Source: an uncultured Candidatus Saccharibacteria bacterium (GTDB lineage Bacteria > Patescibacteriota > Saccharimonadia > Saccharimonadales > JAGQNK01). Taken from it: a DNA stretch of 64,000 nt. The notes below the pieces were generated by a model. It saw only the letters and a program-made list of their open reading frames with translations, was not told where the DNA came from and did not search any database. The stretch covers positions 32,746-96,745 of the forward strand of contig CAZWRG010000002.1 of NCBI GenBank assembly GCA_964636355.1. Direction: 5' to 3'. The translations under genes and the position numbers were made by a program. Below, piece by piece: positions 8,029 through 18,101 of the stretch (the stretch's first letter is position 1; the number at the start of each line of letters is the position of its first letter).

Positions 8029-10530
8029 ATGACACCAAACTCATCTGATTTCCAAGAATTTTTGAACCATTTAACTGATAATGCTCTGCAAAGTTTAAAG
8101 CACGCCGATGCGATTGCTAGAAGCTTTGGCAGTGCTTATGTGGGCACTGAGCACTTGTTGCTGGGAGTCTTGGCTCAAGACACCAGCATGGGCTCCAAGC
8201 TTTTAGAAGGTGCTGGAGTAACTTTGGACCGAGCGCAGATGGCGCTTAATCTAACACCTAAAACTTTGGTCATTAATATGGGAGCCAAAGGTCTGAGCGA
8301 GACAGCCAAGCTAACTCTTAGGATGGCCTATGATGTGGCTCAAGATTTTAATCAGGAATTTTGCGGCACAGAGCATATTTTATATAGTGTGCTGTCGCAG
8401 AAAAATGCCCGGGCGACGGTTCTGCTTAGGGATATGAAGGTTAATGTTGATGGGTTGATGACCGAACTTGAGCAATTTCTAAATCGCCAACAATATGAAA
8501 GTGGCGGTCAGGGAGCTTCGGACAGTCGGCGCAAGTCTAAAAAACAGAAAAAAACGGCACTAGATTTCTTTGGCACAGATCTAACTGCTCAAGCCAGAGA
8601 TGGCAAGCTGGATCCGGTGGTCGGGCGTGAGGCTCAAATTCGCCGGGTAGTTACTATTTTGAACCGTCGAACAAAAAATAATCCAGTTCTAATTGGAGAG
8701 CCAGGGGTTGGTAAAACCGCGATTGCCGAAGGTTTAGCACAACGAATTGTAGCCGAGGAAGTGCCTGATAGCTTGCTTGAAAAACGAATAATTATGCTTG
8801 ACCTGGCCGGAATGATTGCCGGGACCAAATATCGTGGTGAATTTGAAGAGCGGCTTAAAAAAGTTATGGCTGAGCTGGAGAGTGACAACAAAACAATTGT
8901 CTTTATTGATGAGCTTCACTTGATTGTGGGCGCCGGCGCAGCCGAGGGGGCCATGGATGCTGGAAATATCTTAAAACCAGCTCTAGCCCGCGGGAAAATT
9001 CAAATGATTGGCGCTACAACCACGGCTGAATATACTAAGCATATTGAAAAGGATTCAGCCTTAGAGCGCAGATTCCAGCCAATTCAAGTGCCCGAGGCTA
9101 CCAACGCTGAAACTCTGGCCATCCTTAAAGGCCTCCGCAAACACTACGAAGAATTCCACGGAGTTACAGTTAGCGATGAAGTTTTAGAAGACACTGTAAC
9201 TTTGGCCAAAAGATATATAAATGATCGATTCATGCCTGATAAAGCCATTGATCTGCTCGATGAAACGGCGGCTCATTTACGGGTTGATAAGGGCAAAACA
9301 CCGCCCGAAGCACGTAAATTGCAAAAGGAATTAAAGCTAGTCAATGTTCGGATTGAAGAGGCGGTTGATAACGAAGATTATGAAAAAGCTGCCAAGCACA
9401 AACAGCGAGCGTCGCAGATAAAAGAGCAGCTTGATCAGCTTGAGCAAGATGGCAAAACTGCTAATAGCCTGACAGTTACCAGTGAGGATATTGCCGAAGT
9501 TGTGGCTCGTATTACCGGAGTTCCGGTCACTAAGGTCATACGTTCGGAAGCAAAATATTTGTTAAACCTGGAAAAGAATCTCCGAAAATTCGTGATTGGC
9601 CAGGATGAGGCGGTCGAGGCGGTGTCTAAGGCTATTCGTCGAAACCGAGTTGGCATTGGCAGCAGTAAACGTCCAATTGGCTCGTTTATCTTCTTGGGTC
9701 CAACCGGTGTTGGTAAGACTGAGCTAGCGAGAATACTAGCCAGAGAATTCTTTGGCTCGGAAGATTCGCTGGTCAAGATTGATATGAGTGAATTCGGCGA
9801 GCATCATAACGTTTCACGTCTGGTTGGAGCACCGGCTGGTTACGTTGGTTATGACGAAGGCGGCCAGCTGACTGATAAAATTCGCCGACAACCATATAGC
9901 TTGGTGTTATTTGACGAGATCGAAAAAGCCCACCCGGAAGTCTTTAATATGCTGCTTCAGATTTTAGAAGACGGTGTGTTGACTGACGCTAAGGGCCGAA
10001 AGATCGATTTCACAAACACTGTCGTAATCATGACCAGTAACATCGGTGCCGAGAAGCTGCAAAAAGAAGCTGAGCTTGGTTTCCACGCCATAGACAGAAG
10101 CGACATGAACAACCTTGATAGCCTGCACAGTATCAATAAAAGCAAAGTTTTTGATGAGCTTAAAAAGATGATGCGGCCAGAGCTACTAAATCGAATTGAT
10201 AAAACAATTGTCTTCAGAGCGCTTACTAAAAAAGATGTGCTTAGGATTCTAGATCTACAGATTGATGAACTCCGTCAGCGTTTGATTAAGCACGGCATAG
10301 ATTTACAGCTGTCCAGATCTGCCAAAAATCATCTGCTGGAAGAAGGCTATGATTCGCATAATGGTGTGCGACCGCTAAGAAGGTTAATCGCCGATACTAT
10401 CGAGGATCATATTGCTCACGAATTGCTTGATAATAAATATCATAAAGGTCACATCATAAAAGTAAATGCTCGAGGTGGTAAGTTGGTTTATTCAGCCGAA
10501 TCTGAAGTCAAGCCTCAAGCAGTAGTGTAA
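8029..10530 (+). CDS. clpC: ClpC-type AAA+ chaperone ATPase
   Basis: Two Clp_N repeats, two Walker A sites ([16 protein letters not shown]) and a UVR-like linker ([20 protein letters not shown]); 833 aa. Confidence 0.9.
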   Translation: MTPNSSDFQEFLNHLTDNALQSLKHADAIARSFGSAYVGTEHLLLGVLAQDTSMGSKLLEGAGVTLDRAQMALNLTPKTLVINMGAKGLSETAKLTLRMAYDVAQDFNQEFCGTEHILYSVLSQKNARATVLLRDMKVNVDGLMTELEQFLNRQQYESGGQGASDSRRKSKKQKKTALDFFGTDLTAQARDGKLDPVVGREAQIRRVVTILNRRTKNNPVLIGEPGVGKTAIAEGLAQRIVAEEVPDSLLEKRIIMLDLAGMIAGTKYRGEFEERLKKVMAELESDNKTIVFIDELHLIVGAGAAEGAMDAGNILKPALARGKIQMIGATTTAEYTKHIEKDSALERRFQPIQVPEATNAETLAILKGLRKHYEEFHGVTVSDEVLEDTVTLAKRYINDRFMPDKAIDLLDETAAHLRVDKGKTPPEARKLQKELKLVNVRIEEAVDNEDYEKAAKHKQRASQIKEQLDQLEQDGKTANSLTVTSEDIAEVVARITGVPVTKVIRSEAKYLLNLEKNLRKFVIGQDEAVEAVSKAIRRNRVGIGSSKRPIGSFIFLGPTGVGKTELARILAREFFGSEDSLVKIDMSEFGEHHNVSRLVGAPAGYVGYDEGGQLTDKIRRQPYSLVLFDEIEKAHPEVFNMLLQILEDGVLTDAKGRKIDFTNTVVIMTSNIGAEKLQKEAELGFHAIDRSDMNNLDSLHSINKSKVFDELKKMMRPELLNRIDKTIVFRALTKKDVLRILDLQIDELRQRLIKHGIDLQLSRSAKNHLLEEGYDSHNGVRPLRRLIADTIEDHIAHELLDNKYHKGHIIKVNARGGKLVYSAESEVKPQAVV

Positions 10531-10539
10531 ACTAAAACC

Positions 10540-11469
10540 ATGAACAAAATTGCCGGTTTAGCATTTTGGTTGATCGCTATCGGTCTGCTTGTAGTGTCGG
10601 TTTTGGGCTTTTTGAATCGCCAGGAAATATATGATTGGTGGCGGCTAAGAGATTATTCGCCGCCGCCAGAAATCGCTCAGCTGGCCACCGACACTACCAT
10701 GCAAGACAAGGCTCGGCGTTTGTTTTATGTGTATCGGCCAGAGCTTAATGATCGTCTGCAGTTTAATCAAAACTGTACTCATTTTGAAGAAACCATTGTG
10801 CTGGGCTGTTATGTTTCGAACCTGGGTATATATTTGTTTGATGTCGATGATCCGCGGCTGCACGGTGTTCAGCAAGTCACCGCCGCTCATGAGCTGCTAC
10901 ATGCGGCTTATGATCGGCTGGGCGCAGAAGAGAAAGCTCGGGTTGATAAACTAACGGCTGACACTTTTGCTTCGCTTAATAATCAGCGAATCATAAGAAC
11001 AATTGAAAATTATAAGTCACGCGATCCGTCGGTAGTCCCCAATGAGCTGCACTCTATATTGGCGACCGAAGTTCGAGAGTTGCCTGAAGAATTAGAAGAA
11101 TATTATAAAAAGTATTTTTCTAATCGCTTAAAAATTGTCGAATATTCTGAAAAATACGAGTCAATTCTCACTGAAAGAAAAACCAAAGCCGTTACTTTAG
11201 AGGCTCAAATTACGGGGCTAAAAAACGATATCGAATTGACCGAAGCAGAGCTTAATCAGCAACGAAACAGATTACAGCAAGACAGAGCCAATGTGACTAA
11301 CCAACAGCAAGCTCGGGCATATAATCAGCGAGTCGAAGCCTACAACGCCAGCATCAAAGAGCTGAACAGCATGATTGACCGTCACAATAAATTAATCGAA
11401 GAATACAAACGAAACGCCTTTGAAGCTCAGGAATTGTACGAGGCGATTGATAGTCGACCAACCATATAA
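10540..11469 (+). CDS. membrane-anchored protein with HExxH motif and C-terminal coiled coil
   Basis: N-terminal TM helix (LAFWLIAIGLLVVSVLGFL), AAHELLHAAY, and a Q/N/E-rich heptad-like tail. Confidence 0.5.
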   Translation: MNKIAGLAFWLIAIGLLVVSVLGFLNRQEIYDWWRLRDYSPPPEIAQLATDTTMQDKARRLFYVYRPELNDRLQFNQNCTHFEETIVLGCYVSNLGIYLFDVDDPRLHGVQQVTAAHELLHAAYDRLGAEEKARVDKLTADTFASLNNQRIIRTIENYKSRDPSVVPNELHSILATEVRELPEELEEYYKKYFSNRLKIVEYSEKYESILTERKTKAVTLEAQITGLKNDIELTEAELNQQRNRLQQDRANVTNQQQARAYNQRVEAYNASIKELNSMIDRHNKLIEEYKRNAFEAQELYEAIDSRPTI

Positions 11470-11505
11470 TTAGAAATTGCTGGTCGATGAACTATAATTA
11501 AAGGG

Positions 11506-12855
11506 ATGGCTAAAAAACCTTCGGTTAAATATGTCTGCAGTAACTGCGGCGCGGAAAGTAATTCCTGGAGCGGCCGTTGCTATAATTGCGGCGAATGGAA
11601 CACGCTTGAAGAGCAGCTTTCATCAGTAGTAATTAATAATGTAAAATCGGCGGGTCGAACCTTGCAGCCGCAATCGGTCAGCAAATCAATATCCAAAGAT
11701 CATCATCGTCTGCCAATTGGTATTAGCGAAGTCGATAACGTTTTAGGCGGCGGAATTGTCGCCGGCAGTGTCAATTTGATTGCTGGACAGCCGGGAATTG
11801 GTAAAAGTACTTTGTTGCTGCAAATGGCTTACGAGCTTAGTAAGTCACAACCAGTGCTGTATGTTAGTGCTGAAGAATCGGCTCACCAGATCGGCATTCG
11901 AGCAGAGCGACTTGGCACAAACAGTGATAAGCTTCAGTTAGTTACCAGCACCAGCGCTGATGATATTGCCTCAACGATTGCGGCTGGTGATTATAAATTA
12001 GTTGTAGTTGATTCAATCCAGACGATTTCTTGCGAATCAATTGCCTCAGCAGCCGGCAACGTTAGCCAAATAACTAACAGCACACAGCTATTGACGGCAG
12101 CCGCCAAGCAATCTGACACAGCAATTATAATTGTTGGCCACGTCACTAAAGAAGGCTCAATTGCTGGACCGAAGGTTTTAGAGCATGTGGTCGATGTGGT
12201 ACTTCAACTAGAAGGCGATCGCTACGGCGGCTTCAAAATTTTAAGAGCCGTGAAAAACCGCTATGGATCAACCAACGAAGCCGGAATTTTTGAAATGGTC
12301 GACAATGGTCTAAAGCCGGTAGCCAATCCTTCAGCCGCGCTGCTGGCAGAGCGTAAAATCACTGACGGCTCGATAGTTTTAGCCACACTGGAGGGCACGC
12401 GGCCGCTGCTGGTTGAAGTTCAAGCCCTAGTTAACAAGACAAGCTACGGCTATCCAAAAAGAGCGGCCAGCGGAATTGATCTTAATCGAGTAAATCTTTT
12501 GGTGGCCATGCTGGAGCGTCGGACCAAGTTAAACCTAGCCGATAAAGACGTTTACATAAACATCGTTGGTGGAATTAAACTTACCGAACCGGCAGCCGAT
12601 TTAGCGGTGGCCATGGCGATTGCTTCAGCTACCAAAGGCCTGCAGCTCAAACAAAACGCGGTGGTGTTTGGTGAGCTTGGTTTGGCTGGCGAGGTTCGTC
12701 ATGTGCCGTTTTTGGATAAACGGGTTGCTGAGGCCAAGAAGCTGGGCTTTGAGCTGGCAATTGGACCGGAGATTCGCTCTGGTAAAAAACCAGCCAAATA
12801 TCACGGCGTAAGTGATGTTAGATCAGCTCTAAATACATTTTTAGAGAAAAGTTAA
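11506..12855 (+). CDS. radA: DNA repair protein RadA/Sms
   Basis: Zinc finger CSNCGAESNSWSGRCYNCGEWNT, Walker A GQPGIGKST, KNRYG motif and a Lon-like C-terminal domain. Confidence 0.9.
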   Translation: MAKKPSVKYVCSNCGAESNSWSGRCYNCGEWNTLEEQLSSVVINNVKSAGRTLQPQSVSKSISKDHHRLPIGISEVDNVLGGGIVAGSVNLIAGQPGIGKSTLLLQMAYELSKSQPVLYVSAEESAHQIGIRAERLGTNSDKLQLVTSTSADDIASTIAAGDYKLVVVDSIQTISCESIASAAGNVSQITNSTQLLTAAAKQSDTAIIIVGHVTKEGSIAGPKVLEHVVDVVLQLEGDRYGGFKILRAVKNRYGSTNEAGIFEMVDNGLKPVANPSAALLAERKITDGSIVLATLEGTRPLLVEVQALVNKTSYGYPKRAASGIDLNRVNLLVAMLERRTKLNLADKDVYINIVGGIKLTEPAADLAVAMAIASATKGLQLKQNAVVFGELGLAGEVRHVPFLDKRVAEAKKLGFELAIGPEIRSGKKPAKYHGVSDVRSALNTFLEKS

Positions 12856-12888
12856 TATAATTTCTAGGTAATTACGAGTTAAGACTGA

Positions 12889-15867
12889 TTAGTTAACAGT
12901 AAAGGTTGATTCGTTGCCTCTAGAATCTTCGGCTCGAATTGTGTCGCCAGAGGCTATTGGTGGATTTGGACTACATGAACCTTTGGACGCCGCCTCGGAG
13001 CATATTTGATTGCCGCCGTTAAAGATACGGACTATTCCATTTCCGCCGCTCCAGGATATATCACCGCCCGATGAGGCGCCGGTAATTTCTAGGCCTGAGT
13101 CATTAGAAGCTTTGAATGGGAAAGTGCCGCTGTTGGTGTTGTCATATAGCACGCTGTCGACAATTGTAGCGCTAATTCGTTTAGTGCCTGATGACGTGGC
13201 TTTATAGTTGAATCTAACATTGCCGCTGCCACTGACTTTCGATGAGTGGACTTCTTTGCCGTCGATTTTGACCGTTAAAGTGCCAGGGAAGCGGTCACTG
13301 GAAAGCGGGTGGGTTCCTTGAGTCACATCAATGGTGATTTGGTAGTTACCGTTGCCCAGATCCCGCGCACTAGCCGGTCTGGCGGATGGTTTAACATCGT
13401 CACACTTATGAACGTCATCTTTTTCTTCGGTATTAATCGCCCCACGATTTCCTTCTACGAATTGGTCGGCCGAAAAGCTGTTGGCGTCTCCGCCGGTGAC
13501 TTCTTTTTTAGCCCGCGGCGGGGTACAGTCGGTAGCTAGCTTGTTAGAGACAATATCAATAGTTTGCTTTTTATTACGGATATTATTTTTCTTAAACCAA
13601 GACGGGAAAAGATCGGTTGATGGGCTTGGCTCCACTGATCCAACTCCAACATGGGAGCGCACAACAAAGGCCGGCAAGGTTTGAATTCCTTTTGGTTTTG
13701 GCCAGTCTTCGGCTTTTTGATTGGTGTGGGCCTCTTGCATCCAGCCCTGCCAGATTGGCTGAGTCATGTTTTCCATGAAGCCGGACATTTCTACTCGCCG
13801 GTTGTGGTAGCCAACCCAAACACCAGCGGCGTACTTGCTGGAGTATCCCATCATCCAACCGTCTTTTGAATCGTTGGTGGTACCGGTTTTAACTGCGAAT
13901 TTCCACTCGCCTTGACCGCCGTTAAAGCGGTGTGGTTTGCGGGACAGGTAGCTGGCCCGCGGATCACTCAACATATCAGAAATAATGTAGGCGGTATCTT
14001 CTCTAATGGCTTGTTCGCCTTTTTGTTCTTCCCATTCGGTAACTGTTTTGCCGCCGGCATCAACAATTTTTAGAATGTAAGTCTGAGGGATTAATTTGCC
14101 ATTACGAGCAAATGTACCAAAAGCGTGGACATGTTCATCCATCTTTAGATAAGCACCGTCACCAATCGCTGAAGAAGCATAACACTGGCCCTCATTGGTT
14201 AATTCTTCATCTTCGTAACAGCGGTAGCCGCTCTTGAGGCCCATGCTGTCAGCTACGGCGATGGTTTCATCCACGCCAACTGTGAGCATAGCCTTAACCG
14301 CTGGGATGTTCCTGGATCCGCCTAAGGCATATCGGAGTGTTAAGGGGCCGGGATATCGGAAGTCATAGTTCCAAAGACAGTTGCCAGCTGGTGGTCGGGC
14401 CTTGTTGGTGCAGGGGTAGCCTGGAATTGGGCCCTGAGTATCATAAAGAACCGAACCAGCGCCAATGTTTTCTGATTTTTCTATCAAAGCGGCGTAGTCA
14501 TAGGGCTTGAAACTGGAGCCCGGCGGTAATCGGTAGCGGGCGTAGTTGTTTTGGCCATATTCTTCGTTGGTGAAGTCGGTTCCGCCCACCAAAGATACAA
14601 TTTGACCGGTTTTGACATCTTCAGCTACAAAAGCCGCCACATTACCGCCTTGGGCGCGAATCTGAGCGGCGCCTTCGTTAACTTTGCGTTCAGCAACTCT
14701 TTGAAGATCCAAATCCAAAGTTGTAGTAACTTTCCAGCCACCACGTTGTACTGTTTCGCCACCAAACCTTTCCTCTAATGATTCCTTGGCAGTTAGCACA
14801 AACCAAGGGGCGGTAATACCGGTGTATTTAGGCTTCGGTTCCTTTACTTTAGCCAAGATCTTTACCTGCTTGGCTTCATCGCGGTCTTCGGCAGAAATCA
14901 TGCCCTGGCGTTCCATTTCATCAAGAATATAGTGCATTCGCCCAATTAAGGCCTCAGGATTATAGCTAGAGCCGTAAGGTGAATAATAAGATGGCGATTG
15001 CGGCATGGCTGCCAAGAACGCCGCTTCATCCAGGGTGATATTCTTGGCGGACTTTTGGAAGTAATCACGAGCAGCCGTTTCGACACCGTATTGGACGTTG
15101 CCATATGGAGCGGTGTTTAAATAGCCAGTCAGGATTTCTTCTTTTGAATAGCTTCTTTCCAGCTCAACAGACAAAATTAATTCTTTTAATTTACGGGTGT
15201 AGGTTTGTTCTTTTCCAACGCCGCTTTGAGTTAAGCGCACTAATTGCTGGGTGATGGTTGAACCACCTTGAGTGCTGCCGCCTGTGACGTTATTAAGGGC
15301 CGCTCTGGTGATGCCCCTAACGTCAAAGCCGCCGTGATTGAAAAAGTCTTTGTCTTCGATGGCAATTGTTGCCTGTCGCAGATAATCGGCCATTTCTGTG
15401 CTTTCTACCGGAACTCGTTTAACAGCGTCGAAATCCTCCCAAAGCAGGTGTTTACCAGTGCGATCATAATATCTAATGCTGCCGCCAATGTTATTTCCGG
15501 AAATATCTTTAAGGTTAGGCAGGTCTTTTCGGAAATATGCAAATAGGCCAACTAACAGTAAAAATCCGGCGATAATACCAATTCCGGTAATTTTAAGCGC
15601 CATGATTCCGCCCTCGCGGCTAAACCAATAGGCGTACATTCGCTTAGGATGCAGCCGGTAAAAAAATCTTTTGACGCGACTTTTTGGCATTCCAGCCAAT
15701 CGCTTAGCCCGAGCTTTAGCAAAAGCGTCTCGGCGAGCCCTGATTTTATCTGTCAGGCTGCGATTAATCTTGATGGTTTGTCCGCTTTTGGTCACAAAAG
15801 TGTTTTTGCTTTTACGACCCACACCACGAGCACTGCGGCTAACTTTCCGTTTATTCTTGCTACTCAT
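12889..15867 (-). CDS. class A penicillin-binding protein (glycosyltransferase + transpeptidase) with long C-terminal extension
   Basis: GT51 motifs (AIEDKDFFNHGG, GGSTITQQL), SxxK-type PGSSFKP, KTGTT, an N-terminal TM helix and a ~250 aa Ser/Gly/Thr-rich beta-type tail. Confidence 0.9.
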   Translation of the reverse strand: MSSKNKRKVSRSARGVGRKSKNTFVTKSGQTIKINRSLTDKIRARRDAFAKARAKRLAGMPKSRVKRFFYRLHPKRMYAYWFSREGGIMALKITGIGIIAGFLLLVGLFAYFRKDLPNLKDISGNNIGGSIRYYDRTGKHLLWEDFDAVKRVPVESTEMADYLRQATIAIEDKDFFNHGGFDVRGITRAALNNVTGGSTQGGSTITQQLVRLTQSGVGKEQTYTRKLKELILSVELERSYSKEEILTGYLNTAPYGNVQYGVETAARDYFQKSAKNITLDEAAFLAAMPQSPSYYSPYGSSYNPEALIGRMHYILDEMERQGMISAEDRDEAKQVKILAKVKEPKPKYTGITAPWFVLTAKESLEERFGGETVQRGGWKVTTTLDLDLQRVAERKVNEGAAQIRAQGGNVAAFVAEDVKTGQIVSLVGGTDFTNEEYGQNNYARYRLPPGSSFKPYDYAALIEKSENIGAGSVLYDTQGPIPGYPCTNKARPPAGNCLWNYDFRYPGPLTLRYALGGSRNIPAVKAMLTVGVDETIAVADSMGLKSGYRCYEDEELTNEGQCYASSAIGDGAYLKMDEHVHAFGTFARNGKLIPQTYILKIVDAGGKTVTEWEEQKGEQAIREDTAYIISDMLSDPRASYLSRKPHRFNGGQGEWKFAVKTGTTNDSKDGWMMGYSSKYAAGVWVGYHNRRVEMSGFMENMTQPIWQGWMQEAHTNQKAEDWPKPKGIQTLPAFVVRSHVGVGSVEPSPSTDLFPSWFKKNNIRNKKQTIDIVSNKLATDCTPPRAKKEVTGGDANSFSADQFVEGNRGAINTEEKDDVHKCDDVKPSARPASARDLGNGNYQITIDVTQGTHPLSSDRFPGTLTVKIDGKEVHSSKVSGSGNVRFNYKATSSGTKRISATIVDSVLYDNTNSGTFPFKASNDSGLEITGASSGGDISWSGGNGIVRIFNGGNQICSEAASKGSCSPNPPIASGDTIRAEDSRGNESTFTVN

Positions 15868-15988
15868 ATTATTAGTTTATCGATAACTCCACTTATCTAA
15901 GCTTTAGCTTCAATCTAGTATACCAAATTTAGCCGGCAAACAATTACATTTTGTGCACAATTTATCAGGGTAATATATACTTACTTAA

Positions 15989-17242
15989 ATGAAGATGAAG
16001 TTATCAGAAGAACTCAGCTGGCGTGGTTTTGTTAATCAGACCACTTTTAAAGACATTTCGGTATTAGACGGTCGTCCCATTAATTTCTATTTTGGGGTTG
16101 ATCCAAGTGCTGACTCAATGCAAATCGGCAATCTTGCGACGGCAATGATGGTCAGACATTTTATAGATCATGGCCACAAAGCTACTTTGTTGGTTGGCGG
16201 CGCAACCGGCTTAATTGGCGATCCGGATGGCAAGAAACAAGAGCGTGAACTACAGTCTATCGAACAGATAGAACTCAACAAAAAAGCAATTGCTAAACAA
16301 TATCATACGGTTTTTGCTGGCCAGGATTTTGAGGTGGTTGATAACTACGACTGGTTCAAGAACATGAATTTTATTGGTTTTTTGCGTGATGTCGGCAAGC
16401 ATGTACCGCTTAGTCAGATGTTGGGCCGCGAGTTCGTTCAAAATCGATTAGGTGAAGATGGCGCCGGTATTAGCTACGCTGAATTTAGCTATTCACTAAT
16501 TCAGGGTTATGATTTTCTGCATCTCAATCAAACGAGAGGTGTTACGCTGCAGGTTTGTGGAGCTGATCAGTGGGGAAATAGTATCGCCGGCGTTGATTTA
16601 ATAAGAAGAATTAATTCGGCTGAAGCCCATGTTTGGTCGGCGCCACTGATTGTTAATAAATCTACCGGAATAAAGTTTGGCAAATCAGAGGGCGGAGCAA
16701 TTTGGCTGGATGCTAAAAAAACCAGTCCTTATAAGTTCTACCAATTCTGGCTGAATACTGACGATGAAGGGGTCATCGATTACCTAAAAATTTACACCAT
16801 GCTGAGTAAAAGCCAGATCGAAGAAATTGAACAAAAATTCCAGGCTGATCGGGCTAACCGTTTGGCTCAGAAAACACTGGCCTATGAAGTCACCAAGCTA
16901 ATTCACGGTCAAGGTGCAGCCGATTCTCAGGTACGGATTGCCGAGGCTTTGTTTAGTGGTGATGAAATCAAACTATCAGATACGGAGCTAAAAAGTCTGG
17001 CGAGTGACTTTCCGGTGGCTAAAGTTCCAAAGCGAATTACATCTGATAACCTGTTAAATGCTATGGTTGAAACCGGCTTGGCTTCCTCAAAATCGGAAGC
17101 CCGACGGTTTCTGCAATCCGGAGCGGTATATCTAAACAATATACAGATAAAATCGCATGATAATTTCGAATATGACAGCTCTTCAAGTTATACTGTCCTT
17201 CGTCGCGGTAAAAATACCGTCGCTTTATTAAACGTTAAATAA
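15989..17242 (+). CDS. tyrS: tyrosyl-tRNA synthetase
   Basis: Class I aaRS with KFGKS (KMSKS-type) loop and a C-terminal S4-like domain (EARRFLQSGAVYLN). Confidence 0.9.
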   Translation: MKMKLSEELSWRGFVNQTTFKDISVLDGRPINFYFGVDPSADSMQIGNLATAMMVRHFIDHGHKATLLVGGATGLIGDPDGKKQERELQSIEQIELNKKAIAKQYHTVFAGQDFEVVDNYDWFKNMNFIGFLRDVGKHVPLSQMLGREFVQNRLGEDGAGISYAEFSYSLIQGYDFLHLNQTRGVTLQVCGADQWGNSIAGVDLIRRINSAEAHVWSAPLIVNKSTGIKFGKSEGGAIWLDAKKTSPYKFYQFWLNTDDEGVIDYLKIYTMLSKSQIEEIEQKFQADRANRLAQKTLAYEVTKLIHGQGAADSQVRIAEALFSGDEIKLSDTELKSLASDFPVAKVPKRITSDNLLNAMVETGLASSKSEARRFLQSGAVYLNNIQIKSHDNFEYDSSSSYTVLRRGKNTVALLNVK

Positions 17243-17257
17243 GAGATATTTTTTAAG

Positions 17258-18055
17258 ATGCCAAAAACTTCAACCAAATCTAAAACCGCCAAGACTAAAT
17301 CGTCAAAAAAGGCCGTTAAAAAGGCTGATCAATATAATGATCCAAGCCACAATTACCTGCGCTATTGGGATGGACGGGATTATGAAAATGCTGCCGAAAG
17401 AGTCGCTATTAAACGGCTTTTAAGGGGTAAAACTTTTAAACACGCGGCTGATATTGGCGGCGGCTATGGCCGGTTGTGTATTTTTCTTAAAAAATATGCC
17501 GATAAGGTAACTCTGGCCGAACCATCTCAGCAGCAGCTCGATATTGCTAAGGATTTTTTGAAAGATCACCCTGATATTGAACGCAAGCTTACTCAGGCTG
17601 ATGATCTTAAATTTAAAGATAAATCACTAGATCTGATCACCATGATTAGAGTTATGCATCATTTGCCTGATCCCAGTCAGGAGTTCAGCGAGCTGGCGCG
17701 AGTTTTGAGTGATGATGGCTACCTGGTGCTGGAAGTGGCAAATTATGCTCACGGCCGTAATCGTCTCAAACACCTTCTAAAAGGTTCTAAATTGCCAACC
17801 GAGCCAGTTGATATTAGAACCAAGGAAAGTGACATTGCTTTTGTGAACCACAACCCCAAAACCGTCATCAGGCAGCTGGCTCATGCCGGGCTTAAGGTCG
17901 AGAAAGTTTTATCTGTCTCTAATCTCAGGAGCCCGGGCCTTAAGAAAATTGTACCCAAATCTGTAATGCTATCGATTGAAAAAATTATGCAGCCCGTCTT
18001 AGCTCGTACATATTTTGGCCCCAGCGTCTTTTTCTTGATCAAAAAAGCCAAATAA
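17258..18055 (+). CDS. class I SAM-dependent methyltransferase with Lys-rich N-terminal tail
   Basis: Motif I DIGGGYGR, then the LDLITMIRVMHHL region. Substrate unknown. Confidence 0.7.
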   Translation: MPKTSTKSKTAKTKSSKKAVKKADQYNDPSHNYLRYWDGRDYENAAERVAIKRLLRGKTFKHAADIGGGYGRLCIFLKKYADKVTLAEPSQQQLDIAKDFLKDHPDIERKLTQADDLKFKDKSLDLITMIRVMHHLPDPSQEFSELARVLSDDGYLVLEVANYAHGRNRLKHLLKGSKLPTEPVDIRTKESDIAFVNHNPKTVIRQLAHAGLKVEKVLSVSNLRSPGLKKIVPKSVMLSIEKIMQPVLARTYFGPSVFFLIKKAK

Positions 18056-18101
18056 ACGCTACTGCTTGCAAATACATATACTTGAGATTTAAACTCATCT
18101 T

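Noticed and set aside
15868-15988. T-box or other riboswitch leaders upstream of the aaRS genes (tyrS here, hisS at 24929-25042, trpS at 59509-59546)
   Set aside because: The upstream regions are short. I could not find the T-box core (…GGUGNRA / AGAGA…UGGNACCGCG-type) or a specifier hairpin. hisS instead has a -10 box 10 nt from its ATG.
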